The notes under the pieces: model-generated
The model's database searches: none
What the model was told of the DNA's origin: nothing
Seen by the model: only the letters and a program-made list of their open reading frames with translations
In this document: positions 23,661 through 37,720 of the stretch, piece by piece
How the letters are laid out: the number at the start of each line of letters is the position of its first letter
Position numbering within the stretch: the stretch's first letter is position 1
Assembly (NCBI GenBank): GCA_010909165.1
Contig: VJWM01000218.1
Span: 62,001 to 126,000 of the forward strand
DNA length: 64,000 bases
Reading direction: 5' to 3'
From: Anthoceros angustus
Taxonomy: Eukaryota; Plantae; Anthocerotophyta
Position numbers and translations under genes: made by a program

Positions 23661-26511
23661 GAGCAACATTAAGTGAGCCCATTTGATATAAAGAATCCCT
23701 ATGGGAGTTTCTTTCCCACCATGCCTTTTCCTCTTGGTTTCTCCATCCACCTTTTGATTTTTGTACTTAGTACTTGACACGATGGAGCGAATGGAGACAA
23801 AAACTTTGAACTCAAAACTAAGGCCATCTACCTTGCGCATTGAAAAATGGGTTGGGGCATTCACAAAGTTTCTCAAACAACCTATCTCAGGCGCAACAAC
23901 TAGAACTAGATGGCGCTCACGGATAGATGCATGAAGTTTATTACACGCACTTGGGAAACTAGCTGCCCTATGCAAGATAGGAAATGCCTCTAGCAATACT
24001 AAGTCACCCTAGTATCACTATCATTTGTATAATACAAGTATGGAGAAGGGGAGCGAGAACACGGAGACGGAGGAACTTATATAGAGGTGGGGGCGATGAA
24101 TCGTGAGAGCACCGTGAACTTCGCTATTGGGAGGCGGATTCGCGGCTGAACAAAAGGAACTCCTAGCGTATGCCAAACTCCTCCGCAGCACCTCAAAATG
24201 GGCGCCTCGCGGGGCTAGGATGCGGGATGTAGATGGCGAGAGACCCTAGGATCAGAACTTAGCGAACCACGTTCGCTTTGGTAAACCCGATGACATGTTA
24301 AGGAAGGCCAAGGATTCTTAGAGGGTGATGTATAATCTATGACAAAATCTATGTAAAAGTAGCATCACAAAATAGACCTCAAAAAGTCGCAACAAGGGCA
24401 TATTTTCTAGAATTTCATACATCAAAAATTTGAGAGAAAAAGGCAAAAAGAGAACTAGAGACTCGATTGAGTGGGAATTTGGGGTTAAGGAAAGGGAGAG
24501 GTGTCTTGATGGTTTTGGTGCGTGTGGAACCTCCTAGTTAGTCTTCTCATTTCTTGTGGTTCCGTTGATAGGGGTTTTACTTGTACACTCATAGGCCATG
24601 GTTCCTAGTAGGTCCAGTTTTGTATTGGCGGATTTTGGCTTTGTGGCGGTGTCCTTGTGATGATTTGAGGTTTTGGTTTTCGATCGCTATGGCGACGGGG
24701 GCTTTGGCTCGATTCGGTGGCTCTTCTCGGTTGCTCGGGTTCTTGGTGTTGCGTGCCGGATGATGGTGAATTAGGGCCCGAGCTGTGAGGTTAATTTTGT
24801 CTACAAGTTACATTTGGTATGAGGGGTTTGTTTTGCTCTCGCTTGGCAAGGGAGGCTATTTTGATCTATGGAGGATGAGGTTTTGGCTTCTCTTAGTATC
24901 ATTTTCGGTCTCAATTTGCGGTTTCAAAATAAAGCGTGATTTTTCACAAAATAAAAACCATGCTCCCCAAGGCTACAAGGATGAGTCCACCCCAATACCT
25001 ATTAGAACTCACGATGTCTCATTTGAGGAAGCCAATGTGCCTTTTCCAAGAGGCACTTATGTAGTTATTTGGGTTTCTTCCTTCTAGCGAGGAATTGCAA
25101 GATATATATTAATACATATTTATTTATAGATCATTAGGCGATGCAGCCATGAGGCTATGATGCCTCTATTTACATTTTTTCACCAGCAATGCTTGCAGTA
25201 GATTTTTCAAATTCCTAATTCTAATATTATAATAGCGTAAAGAGGTTTTGGTCCTATGGAGCTTGTTGTGGTGTATATTAATACATATAGACCACAATAA
25301 GTGCATTTAAAACCCTACAATTTGGAAAGTCTACATTTTAGATAAGCCTATGGAGGTAGTTCTAGATGGAACATACATCCAAGATAAAGCTGCCAAGTTG
25401 AAGAGGCTGTGGCAAAACATTAAAACAAGGTCCTCATTTCAAGACACTATCACCAAGTCATTCAAATACCTTGATGGAGCTAGCCCTAAATGGAACACAT
25501 ACCCGGACGAAGGCCCCTTAACAATCATCAAGTATTTATGATAACCTTGTGGAGTTTGCTCGAGACGAAACAAACGCTCAAGCACGCGGCTTCCTTGAAG
25601 AGAGTAGGTTCCCATTATAACATTGTACCACCAAGTATGTCAAATCACCTTGTGGAGTGTGACCGAGAGGAACATACGCACAAGTACAAAGTCCCCTTGA
25701 AGAAACTAGGTCAAATACCTACAATCAAACTTGGGTAGGTACCCATCCATTATTCTTCTGACGTGAAGAGTCAAGGTATCAAATTTGAGGTTGGTAGTTA
25801 TTATCCTAGCATTATTCTAAAAATGTCGAGATAAGAAAGGTAATTTCAAAGAAAAATAGAAGTGTAGGAGAGGGACAATGTGTGTGTTAGGGGGTAACTA
25901 GTGGAGAAAGTGATTGGGAGCGAGAGAGTATGGGGTGCAAGAAGAAAAGAAAAGGAAGGAGGGACAAGATTTATGAGTAAAAGGAAATATTATAAAAATA
26001 GAAATAGATTGAAAAAATAAAACATAAAATATGGAAAAGAGTGAAAAAGATAGAAGATAAAAAGAAAAGAAAAAGTGAAGAAGATATCAAACAAAAATTA
26101 AATTTGAATACCTAGTTGAAATCTTCTTTTGATATTATGTATTGAAGAAGAATAAAGTCATTGAATTTAGGTAACATGGGATCGACAAGAAAAAGATTGT
26201 ATATCGAGATATAAATGAGTTTGTTCTCTATATATGTACAAGTCCTCTCATCACAATTTCACATATTTGACCGCACTTGCTATCTCGTGAGTTATTCTCT
26301 TATTAGGTACATTTCGTTAGGTTTGATTGTAGTATTGCTCTTAGATTTGCTTAGGTTTGATTGTGATATTGCTCTTAGATTTGCTTAGGTGTGATTGTAA
26401 TTTTGGTCTTAGACTTGTTGTGCATTGAAATGGGTAGAGTATTGGCGAAGATCTTTTGTATAGAAAATGTAACGATTGCTTGATGTTGCTTGGTTTGTGT
26501 AGCTAGAGAAA

Positions 26512-27122
26512 ATGGCGACATCTATGGGATTTGGACGATCTTTCCTTGCTATTTTCCTTGCTCTTCTACTCATGTTTCCAAGCATATTGCTAGGCGTACT
26601 AGGAGTCACTTGCGAGCGTCAAGAGGATAGATATTGATGACATATTGAGGGCTCCACGAAACCGCCTAGTGGTCCTAGCCCCAATGAGCCGTGGATGCCT
26701 CCTCTAGATCCACAGGTGATTGTTCGAGGAGACGAAGGCATCTTGAGGGCTCCTAGAAAACCACCTAGTGGTGCTAGCCACAGTAATGAGCCCGGATGCC
26801 TCCTCGATGTAGAGAAAAGTGACTGCTCAAGGAGGCCGCATCTTGAGGGCTCCTGAAACCACCTAGCGGTGCTAGCTCGGCAATGAGCACAGGATGCCTC
26901 CTCTAGAGGCAAAGAAAGTAATTGTTGGAGGGCACAAAGGCATCTTGAGAGCTCCAAGAAAACCACCTAGTGGTGCTAGCCACGGCAATGAGCACAGGAT
27001 GCCTCCTCTAGATCCATCAAGGTGACTCTTGAGGAGACGAGCGCATCTTGAGGGCTCCACAGAAACCACCTAGCGGTGCTAGCCACAGCAATGAGCACAG
27101 GATGCCTCCTCTAGATCCATAG
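26512..27122 (+). CDS. Multi-repeat peptide precursor, copy 4 (indels)
   Basis: Same signal peptide and five repeats. Confidence 0.7.
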
Positions 27123-28713
27123 AGAGTCATTTTCAACTTGGTATTGAGTGTAGAAGTAATGGCTCATACAAGGCACAAGTGGGAATTATAATGTGCATAT
27201 GTCGTCACCCTTGGACACCCTTTTCGTTGGGAAGGTGTGGTATTGAAACGGGAGATATTTTCTTGTCGTATATTTATTGAAGAATTTAACGAACTTATTA
27301 TGTTAACAATAAACAATAATTGGATTTACTAACTATTGATCTTTTGATGTTAATACGACATTAAAGGGAATGTGTTACTTGACCCCATCATTTCACTCGA
27401 ACAAGGATGTGGAAATGCATGTCACACCATTTGGTCTACACCACGTGGCTTTAGCATCGATACGAAGACGATCCCCAGTGATGGGCCCCATTGCATATAG
27501 CACCAGCCGCGTTGAGAGGGATGGGAGAAAAGTGATAGCAAGCTGTCTACACGCAAAGCAGCGGTGGAATTGAAGGACAAGACTACCGCGCTGTGAATAC
27601 GCAAGTTCTTGAGGAGTGGCGAAATGGTCATCGGCAACTTTCAGATAATCCCTCGAACACCCTCGGTCAGCCGAGGCTTGGCAGTAGCTGAAACCAGTGA
27701 GTCGCATCTTGCAGCATGATAGACCCGAGCTCGCGATGGAGAAAGAATTAGGACACGGACTTAGAATATCTAGGAGATTGGAGACACAGTAGCCGCAAAA
27801 CCCCTTAGGTTGAAAGGTCCTCTCATGTTACACATTGGTATGCCAAAAATGAACCTACCTAGCTCAAGACCGCGAGGACATCCAAGCCCTCGGGACAAGG
27901 TATTGGGTCCCATCCTTTCCTTTGAAGTCGTTTCCTACATACTTGGAGTACAAAACGTTGCTAGAGGACATCTACAACGGCTTCCACACCGTTCCATCTA
28001 GTCCGTACCAATACTAATGAACTTACCCGCCGCATCGAACCACGGGCGGTCCGATCATGTCCACCAAGATTGGAGTATTCACGGACCCCAACCGCGGAGC
28101 TCTACTCGCGTTGCTACCTCGAGCAGGCGCGGACGCGTCCTTCACCAGCGAGGCCGCCGGGACTTGCAGTGAGCAGTGCGGCTAAACTCTCCTTATGTCA
28201 AGGGGAGAAATTCCATATAGTGCAAGGAATCGATCTCCGATCTTCGAGAGGTGTTCTCCTAGGACGTTTAGAATCGTGCTATCTAAGAGTTTGATTCTAT
28301 AGGGATTTCACTCAACTCACTGTGCTTTGAGGTGATCAGAACACTTTTAGACCAGACTTGCTCTTCAAAGACGACACCCATTGCTCCGCGTCATTGCATA
28401 TTTGCTTATCACGAATTTGGACAACAAAAATAAAGGTGTAGCACTAGCCACGAGGTCCTAGGATCGAGACTGCAATGTATGAAGCGGGTAATCAATCTAC
28501 AAACATTCGACAGTACTTGGGGTATGATACCATATTAACAAAAACTATAGAGAACTTGTACAATTGAATAAGTGCAACTCATCGGTGAATTACAAAATTA
28601 TCCTAAATACTTGTGTGGTGGTATTGTGGTGTATGTTCAAAATTAACCTAAATGAATAAATAATATTGGATAGGTTCAATTAACCCTAACCTCTAACAGT
28701 GTAGCTAAAGAAA

Positions 28714-28944
28714 ATGGCAACATCTATGAGATTTGGATGATGTTTCCTTGCTAATTTTCTTGGTCTTCTACTCATGTTTAGCATGCTCTGGATATACTAG
28801 GAGTCACTTACCAAACATCAAGAGGATAGAATCGATAATAGCTAGCATCTATCTTGAGCTAGCTCCAAGAAAACCACCAAGTAGTGCTAGCCCAGTAATG
28901 AGCCACGAGAAGCCTCCTCCATTTAGAATATTTGAGAAAATTAA
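28714..28944 (+). pseudogene. Single-core paralog pseudogene, copy 3
   Basis: Same TGA at codon 9, core LAPRKPPSSAS. Confidence 0.7.
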
Positions 28945-29787
28945 GAGCAACATGAGCCCATTTGATATAAAGAATCCCTATGGGAGTTTCTTTCCCACCA
29001 TGCCTTTTCCTCTTGGTTTCTCCATCCACCTTTTGATTTTTGTACTTAGTACTTGACACGATGGAGCGAATGGAGACAAAACTTTGAACTCAAAACTAAG
29101 GCCATCTACCTTGCGCATTGAAAAATGGGTTGGGGGCATTCACAAAGTTTCTCAAACAACCTATCTCAGGCGCAACAACTAGAACTAGATGGCGCTCATG
29201 ACGGATAGATGCATGAAGTTTATTACACGCACTTGGGAAACTAGCTGCCCTATGCGGCATAGGAAATGCCTCTAGCAATACTAAGTCACCCTAGTATCAC
29301 TATCATTTGTATAATACAAGTATGGAGAAGGGGAGCAGAGAACCGAGACGGAGGAACTTATATAGAGGTGGGGGACGATGAATCGTCGAGAGCACCGTGA
29401 ACTTCGCTATTGGGAGCGGATGGCGCTCATGATAGATGCATGAAGTTTATTACACGCACTTGGGAAACTAGCTGCCCTATGCGGCATAGGAAATGCCTCT
29501 AGCAATACTAAGTCACCCTAGTATCACTATCATTTGTATAATACAAGTATGGAGAAGGAGGCAGAGAACCGAGACGGAGGAACTTATATAGAGGTGGGGG
29601 ACGATGAATCGATAGAAACCGTGAACTTCGCTATTGGGAGCGGATATCTGCGGTGAACAAAAGGAACTCTAGCGTATGCCAAACTCCTCCTGCAAAGACC
29701 TCAAAAATGGGCGCCTCGCTAAAGCCGGGCTAGGATGCGGGATGTAGATGGCGAGACCCTAGGATCGTAACTTAGCGAACCACGGTT

Positions 29788-32700
29788 TGTTGCGACCATG
29801 GCTACGGAGGAAGCTTCGTTAGTTCGGTCATTAATGTTACACGTTTATGCGTGCGTGAAAAATGTTTTAGTTGCCATGTTCGGTCGTTACCTTTCACATA
29901 GATATCGCGTTACAACCGCCGAGACACTATAAGGCAGACGTTGGACTTAATCAATCACTCTCGCTCACCTTTTGATCTTGCACCCGCTTTATGGTATCGA
30001 GAGAAGGCGATTGACGGCTCGGCTCAAGGCCACGCTGTGAGGCTTCCCAATGGCGCTGCAGTGGAAGAACGCAATCGGCAAGAAGATCCTAAAATCGCAA
30101 GATGCCTGAAAGCGTGGCTTCTTCCTCTCCTTTGGGTGGGCGCCTCGCCCATCATTTCGGGACCATCAAAGAGATGAGACGCACCTTCAACATTAGGCCT
30201 CGCCCGCCAGCCCCGTCGAACCACCTGAGGGACTTCATTCTCTTCCACCACGCTCTCCGGCCGCGTGTTTTGCTAACGCATATGCAGTTGGCGCTTCAGA
30301 TTCCACCAAGCCAACTGTTCTCACTAGAGTCATCACCCATCAAGATCTCAAGAACCAATCACGGAATTGAACTCACAAATCGAGTCACTTCACTTCGCAT
30401 TAGAGAAAATTCATCTCATTAGATACTAGTGCCAATAGCTCACCTCATGCGTAGCAGCAATATATGCTCGCCTTTGATCCCTTAACAACCACAAAGAAAT
30501 ACTAAGAAGCAAACAATCATGGAATCGTGAACACCACAAATCGAATTAGTGAGAAGGTTTAACGGAATCGATTTGTGTGGAAGATGAGAGTCATTGCTTT
30601 CGAAGAGCATGACGATGGAGATTGTCGGCCGTGCTGGACCCAACACCAATTGGAACATCCGACTTAATTGCGGCTTGGAACAAGAGAGACAAGCGCAATC
30701 TCCTCATATCGCACTTGATAAAATGCTTGACACACCAGTACCAAAGATGCTCACGGCATCGGAAGATATTAACGATATGTTCCAAGCCCAAGACTCCATG
30801 TCACTAGTGAGCGCCACGAGATTGTTTTACCATCGGGATGAAGGACACGGAGAGTGTTGAGCGACGCGTCGGCAATTTCCAAGCAAGAGCGCGACTAGCG
30901 CCGGCACCACGATCCACAACGCAACTCGCCTTGACATCCGCATCTTACTTCGTCGCTCGAATTCCATCATCGGACAATCGTAGTGCCATTTAGGTGCCAG
31001 CGGACACGTTCTCCGAAATCGTTGGAGCTTTACTTGAGGAGGAATCGAGCCGTGGCTCCAATTCAAGCGCCAAGGTAGCACCAATCACGCACTCTTCACT
31101 TCTGGGGCGAGGCTGAAGGCGGAGGGGTAATTTTCAAACCGCTCTTACTCGGTGCATGCAGAGGCTACAACAAAAACAATCGGAATGGTGGAAAAGGACC
31201 AGCAAAGGACCACATGGGATCCGGGCCATTTCGATGCGAATGCGAGGAAGAAACAATCGGAGAACCTGCCGTGACTCACCCAAACGAGTCATTGCTAATG
31301 ACTCCCAAGCCCCACCAATTCAATCTTACATTGTGTTTGATCTTGACGGGTTGTCGATGGTTCCGGATTCGAGCAACTACTCACATTTTGAGGCAGGGAT
31401 ATGTTCACATCCTATCATAATGTCCTCTTCGAGAGCATGTCACCTTGTGACGACTCACTCCCTAAGGCAGTGAAGTTGCATTGAGACTCTAATGGCGAAT
31501 CCTCATCATCAATGGAGTGCTTCACGAGCAATGACCAAGAACACCTGCTCGGTGATTGGCCACGAGCACGACCTCATAATTACTTTTCAAACCAATGCAC
31601 AATTCATGATTGAATGATAAACATCGACCGCACTTGCACACGGCCTACCTTACAGCTGTATGTCTGAACATGTCTTCTTCATCACTTGTCGCTCATCATC
31701 ATTTCTCAGAACACCTGCTATGGCATTGCCGGGCATATAAATCCGCATTTGGAAGCCTTTGCCAACCTTGTACAAGGATCCAGTCAACATTAAATCCGGT
31801 AAGGATTTCTTACTGAGATCTGCAAGTACTCCAAGTTATTGACTCCTTTTAAAGATCCTTCACCAACAAGAGCTCGGCGACTTAGGCCATACACTCACAT
31901 CTGAAGCACACAGTTTGAGCCTCTACTTCCTTACTTTTATGGACGAATGGGCAGTGCTCCACATTTATTTCTTGCGCCACAAGGATGAGGCCCTCACCGT
32001 TCCAAGAGTTTGTGTTAGCGTGAGCGACAAAGCGGTTTTCAAGTCTGCACTCTCCATCGACAATGGTGGAGAATACACAAGTGCGCTTTTAATGAGTTCT
32101 CGATCCAAAGGGATCCTCCGCCAACTTCGTGCCATACACTCCTTCTCGAACCCCTATGCGGAGCGACTCAATAGATCACTTCTTGAGATTTCTCGCTCCA
32201 TTAGAAGCTCTCTGCCTCTCTCGAGGCTCTTGGGCCCAAGCAGAGCTCACTACCTTAAAAGCAGCTTCCTACTAAAGAGCTGCGGGCACTACACCTTTGA
32301 AGCGAGTAACAAACCTAGAATCTCCCATCTTCGCATCTTGGTAGTCCTTTTGCCCATATACCGATGCCACCCGTAAATGGGACGACAAAAGTCGCAAGCT
32401 TCTCTTCATTGGCTACTCGGATCAAGTAAAAGCCTACCGTCTCATCAACCCACTACTAGAGAGGTAATCCTTTCAGTGTTCATTTCCATGAATCCCATGT
32501 CCTCAACACCTATCTTACCTCCCTGTCACTCTTCGGTATCTCGGCCTCCTACCTTGATAATTTTCCCTTGCCCTTGAGGGGCCACATCTCACTGAAGACG
32601 ATGCAAGCTCAAGAGGAAACTCACTCATTCACCGTTCTGGCCCATACTCAAGCACCTCTGTTCTATATAGGCTATACTAGATATACCACATACCAACTAT

Positions 32701-34845
32701 TCCATATCCAAGCCACTATCCCGCTCGGTATTACCACCGACCTCGGGGTGCATCCTTTGTCCACAACCAGCAGGATAATGAGGTACACATCCGAACGAAC
32801 CACCACCTCTTAGGCGATCTACTCGCCATAGACCACCTAGCCATCAATGGAGACATCCACCCTTGTCCCTAGAGACTCCTTTTCTGCCAAGAGCCTATTC
32901 CACCTCTGAGCACTAGTTCCCGCTCAAGCCCGGCTGACAATAATGGACCCAGTCAGTTGCATTGCAAGCATCGGAATTGAGATGCAGGATGTACCGCAAG
33001 CATAGAAGAAGCCCTTAGCATACAGATGGAAGGCTTGGTTTCAATATGACTCTAATTGCCAACAAAACTTGGAAACTTCGGCCTCCTTGAGCAAGCGTTC
33101 CTGCAAATGGACCTTGAAGGAAACTCAACCACTGGAATGTTTCCAGATACAAGTCTAGGCGGTAGCCCGAGGTTTCACCAGTGCAGTTTCGACTATGAAG
33201 AAAGCAGTTGTTTAGTCCGTTGTCAAGGCAACTTCGATAAGGATACTACTAGCTTTTGCGCTCACCACCACTGTATACCGTAGAGCGTAAAGGCGCTTTT
33301 CACGGAACCCTACATGAGGACATCTACATGTTACCACGGGGTTTGTTAAAGCAAGACAAATTGTATTGCTCAAATCCATCTATGGATTAAAGCAATCGGC
33401 AAGTGTGGAATGAGGCGGTGAATCGAAGAAGTGTGGCTTTGCCCCTCATCTCGACACAGTGTTTACATCGAGAACCAACAGATTTGCAATTGTCACTCGT
33501 AAGCGATAATTTCATTTTCGGAAATAATACAATATGTGAAAGATCATTATCAAGAGTCTGACGTTGTTGACATGGGACCTCTCGCTATGCTCTCAGATGC
33601 AGTTTGAATTCAAGGAAGAAGATCACACCTTTTCATCCACCAAGAGCATTATGTCATACAACTCTGGAAAGGTTCAACTCAAGGACGCCAAGTTTCCGCC
33701 AATTGCCTCCGGAGAAAAGGTATCGGTGAGGTCCGGCCTCAGAGTCACGAGGAGATGAGGAGCATCCCCTGGGTCATGGAAGTTTACTTTGTTGTCGATG
33801 ACAAGGCGGACATATCACAAGCGTGAATATAGTGTCCGGATATCTCTCTAATCCGGAAGGCGCATTGGACTGCGTCAAGAGGATTCTCCGTTATTTGAAA
33901 AGACAAAATCATACTGCTATATAGATGACCACTCATCCAAGCTTATTCTTACCTCCTTTTCGATCTCTGATTGGGCGGGCGACCGGCCCGGAGATCAGCT
34001 GCCCTCTTGTATGATTATCAGGTACTCTTTGTCTCGTGGGCTGCAAGAAGATCAGACCATTTGCACTTCATCCAGCGGTATGCAGCTCGACCTTAGCGAC
34101 CAAGGAGATACTTTGGATTCGTCAATTCCTACAAGACATTCATGAGAAGCGGGATGAGGCAACTTTTGTATTTGCAACCATCGGAATAGCTATGACACAC
34201 AATCCGATTTTGCGAGGACCAAGCACGTGGACATTCGATCATTTTATCCGCAAGTGGTGGCGAACAATCAAATCTCATTATGCTACATAAGTACAGCGAC
34301 AACACCGACACCGACAAAGGGACTTTGGCACTTCACGACAAGCATGTCGAAGGTATCGGTGTGAATGAAGCGTGTCGGGCATCGGTGATCGGAAGAAGCC
34401 CCTAGTCACTTCAGCACCCAGCCACGAACTCCTTGTTCCAGTAGATCCATTGCTCACAACCGACTTTTCACCACTTGTTCTTGTGTACTCCTTTTTGCTC
34501 AGACTTTCAATGCCTTATAATCACCTTCGGATTATGTGACTGCAAGTTTGGAGACCACGGAGATTGGATCGCTGCGAGGCCAAGTTGAGACCACGATGGC
34601 GGTAGAGGCAATCGGATGCACGGGAATCACGCGAGGGGAGTGTTGCCATGGCCTTCTGGAGGAAGCTTCGTTCCGTTCGATCATTAATGTTAGGGCGTTT
34701 ATGCGTGCGTAGAAGAATGTTTTAGTTGCCGGAACCTGTTCGACCTTTTCACATAGATGGCGTTACAACCCGAGACTAAATGGGGGCGTTCGGACTTAAT
34801 CAATCACTCTCATCGCTCACCTTTGCATCTTGCACCCGCTTTACA
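29788..34845 (+). mobile_element. Ty1/copia LTR retrotransposon (~5.06 kb, ~205 bp LTRs)
   Basis: 5' LTR 29788-29991, PBS TGGTATCGAG at 29992, PPT gcgaggggag 34631-34640, 3' LTR 34641-34845 (TGTTG..TTACA). Integrase YFLTFMDE..DNGGEYTS..AERLNRSLLE, then RT and RNase H remnants. Flanked by cggtt/gtt target-site sequence. Confidence 0.9.
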
Positions 34846-37103
34846 GTTCGTTTGGTAAACCCGATGACATGTTAAGGAAGGCCAAGGATTCTTAGAGGGT
34901 GATGTATAATCTATGACAAAATCTATGTAAAAGTAGCATCACAAAATAGACCTCAAAAAGTCAGCAACAAGGGGCATATTTTCTAGAATTTCATACATCA
35001 AAATTTGAGAGAAAAAGGCAAAAAGAGAACTAGAGACTCAATATGAGTGAGCTGGGAATTTGGGGTTAAGGAAAGGGAGAGGTGTCGATGGTTTTGGTGC
35101 GTGTGAAACCTCCTAGTTAGTCTTCTCATTTCTTGTGGTTCCGTTGATAGGGTTTTACTTGTACATTCATAGGCCATGGTTCCTAGTAGGTCCAGTTTGT
35201 ATTGGCGGATTTTGGCTTTGTGGCGGTGTCCTTGTGATGATTTGGAGGTTTTGGTTTTCGATCGCTGGCGATGGGGGCTTTGGCTCCGATTCAATGGCTC
35301 TTCTCGGTTGCTCGTGTTCTTGGTGTTGCGTGCACCGGATGATGGTGAATTGGGGCCCGAGCTGTGAGGTTAATTTGTCTACAAGTTACATTTGGTATGA
35401 GGGGTTTGTTTTGCTCGTCTTCGCTTGGCAAGGGAGGCGCTATTTTGATCTATGGAGGATGAGGTTTTGGCTTCTCTTAGTATCATTTTCGGTCTCAATT
35501 TGCGGTTTCAAAATAAAGCGTGATTTTTCACAAAATAAAACCATGCTCCCAAGCCGCCGATGGATGAGTCCACCCCAATACCTATTAGAACTCACGATGT
35601 CTCATTTGAGGAAGCCAATGTGCCTTTTCCAAGAGGCACTTATGTAGTTATTTGGGTTTCTTCCTTCTAGCGAGTAATTGCAAGATATATATTAATACAT
35701 ATTTATTTATAGATCATTAGGCGTGCAGCCATGAGGCTATGATGCCTCTATTTACATTTTTTTCACCAGCAATGCTTACAGTAGATTTTTCAAATTCCTA
35801 ATTCTAATATTATAATAGCAAAGAGGTTTTGGTCCTATGGAGCTTGTTGTGGTGTATATTAATACATATAGACCACAATAAGTGCATTTAAAACCCTACA
35901 ATTTGGAAAGTCTACATTTTAGATAAGCCTATGGAGGTAGTTCTAGATGGAACATACATCCAAGATAAAGCCAAGTTGAAGAGGCTGGCAAAACATTAAA
36001 ACAAGGTCCTCATTTCAAGACACTATCACCAAGTCATTCAAATACCTTGATGGAGCTAGCCCTAAATGGAACACATACCCAAAGACGAAGGCCCCTTAAC
36101 AATCATCAAGTATTTATGATAACCTTGTGGAGTTTGCTCGAGACGAAACAACGCTCAAGCACGGCTTCCTTGAAGAGAGTAGGTTCCCATTATAACATTG
36201 TACCACCAAGTATGTCAAATCACCTTGTGGAGTGTGACCGAGAGGAACATACGCACAAGTACAAAGTCCCTTGAAGAAACTAGGTCAAATACCTACAATC
36301 AAACTTGGGTAGGTACCCATCCATTATTCTTTGTTGACGTGAAGAGTGGTATCAAATTTGAGGTTGAGCGCTGTTATTATCCTAGCATTATTCTAAAAAT
36401 GTCGTAGATAAGAAAGGTAATTTCAAAGAAAAATAGAAGTGTAGGAGAGGGGGACAATGTGTGTGTGTTGGGAGGGGTAACTAGTGGAGAAAGTGATTGG
36501 GAACGAGAGAGTATGGGGTGCAAGAAGAAAAGAAAAGGAAGGAGGGACAAGATTTATGAGTAAAAAGGAAATATTATAAAAATAGAAATAGATTGAAAAA
36601 AAATAAAACATAAAATATGGAAAAGAGTGAAAAAAGATAGAAGATAAAAAATAAAAAAAGAAAAAAGTGAAGAAGATATCAAACAAAAAATTAAGCTGAA
36701 TACCTAGTTGAAATCTCCTTTTGATATTATGTACTGAAGAAGAATAAAGTCATTGAATTTAGGTAACATGGGATCGATAAGAAAAAGATTGTATATCGAG
36801 ATATAAATGAGTTTGTTCTCTATATATGTACAAGTCCTCTCATCACAATTTCACATATTGATGCACTTGCTATCTCACGTGAGTTATTCTCTTATTAGGT
36901 ACATTTCGTTAGGTTTGATTGTAGTATTGCTCTTAGATTTGCTTAGGTTTGATTGTGATATTGCTCTTAGATTTGCTTAGATGTGATTGTAATTTTGGTC
37001 TTAGACTTGTTGTGCATTGAAATGGGTAGAGTATTGGCGAAGATCTTTTGTATAGAAAATGTAACGATTGCTTGATGTTGCTTGGTTTGTGTAGCTAGAG
37101 AAA

Positions 37104-37720
37104 ATGGCGACATCTATGGGATTTGGACGATCTTTCCTTGCTATTTTCCTTGCTCTTCTACTCATGTTTCCAAGCATATTGCTAGGCGTACTAGGAGTCA
37201 CTTGCCGTCAAGAGGATAGATATTGATGACGACATTGAGGGCTCCACGAAACCGCCTAGTGGTCCTAGCCCGAGAATGAGCCGGATGCCTCCTCTAGATC
37301 CACGAAGGTGATTGTTCGAGGAGACGAAGGCATCTTGAGGGCTCCTAGAAAACCACCTAGTGGTGCTAGCCCTGGTAATGAGCCTGGGATGCCTCCTCTC
37401 GATGTAGAGAAAGTGACTGTTCAAGGAGACACACGCATCTTGAGGGCTCCAGTGAAACCACCTAGCGGTGCTAGCTCTGGCAATGAGCCTGGGATGCCTC
37501 CTCTAGAGGCAAAGAAAGTAATTGTTGGAGGGCACAAAGGCATCTTGAGAGCTCCAAGAAAACCACCTAGTGGTGCTAGCCACGGCAATGAGCACAGGAT
37601 GCCTCCTCTAGATCCATCAAGGTGACTCTTGAGGAGGCAGGCGCATCTTGAGGGCTCCACGAAACCACCTAGCGGTGCTAGCCACGGCAATGAGCCGTGG
37701 ATGCCTCCTCTAGATCCAAG
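37104..37720 (+). CDS. Multi-repeat peptide precursor, copy 5 (indels)
   Basis: ORF 37308-37625 gives three in-frame repeats, including LDVEKVTVQGDTRILRAPVKPPSGASSGNEP. Confidence 0.7.
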
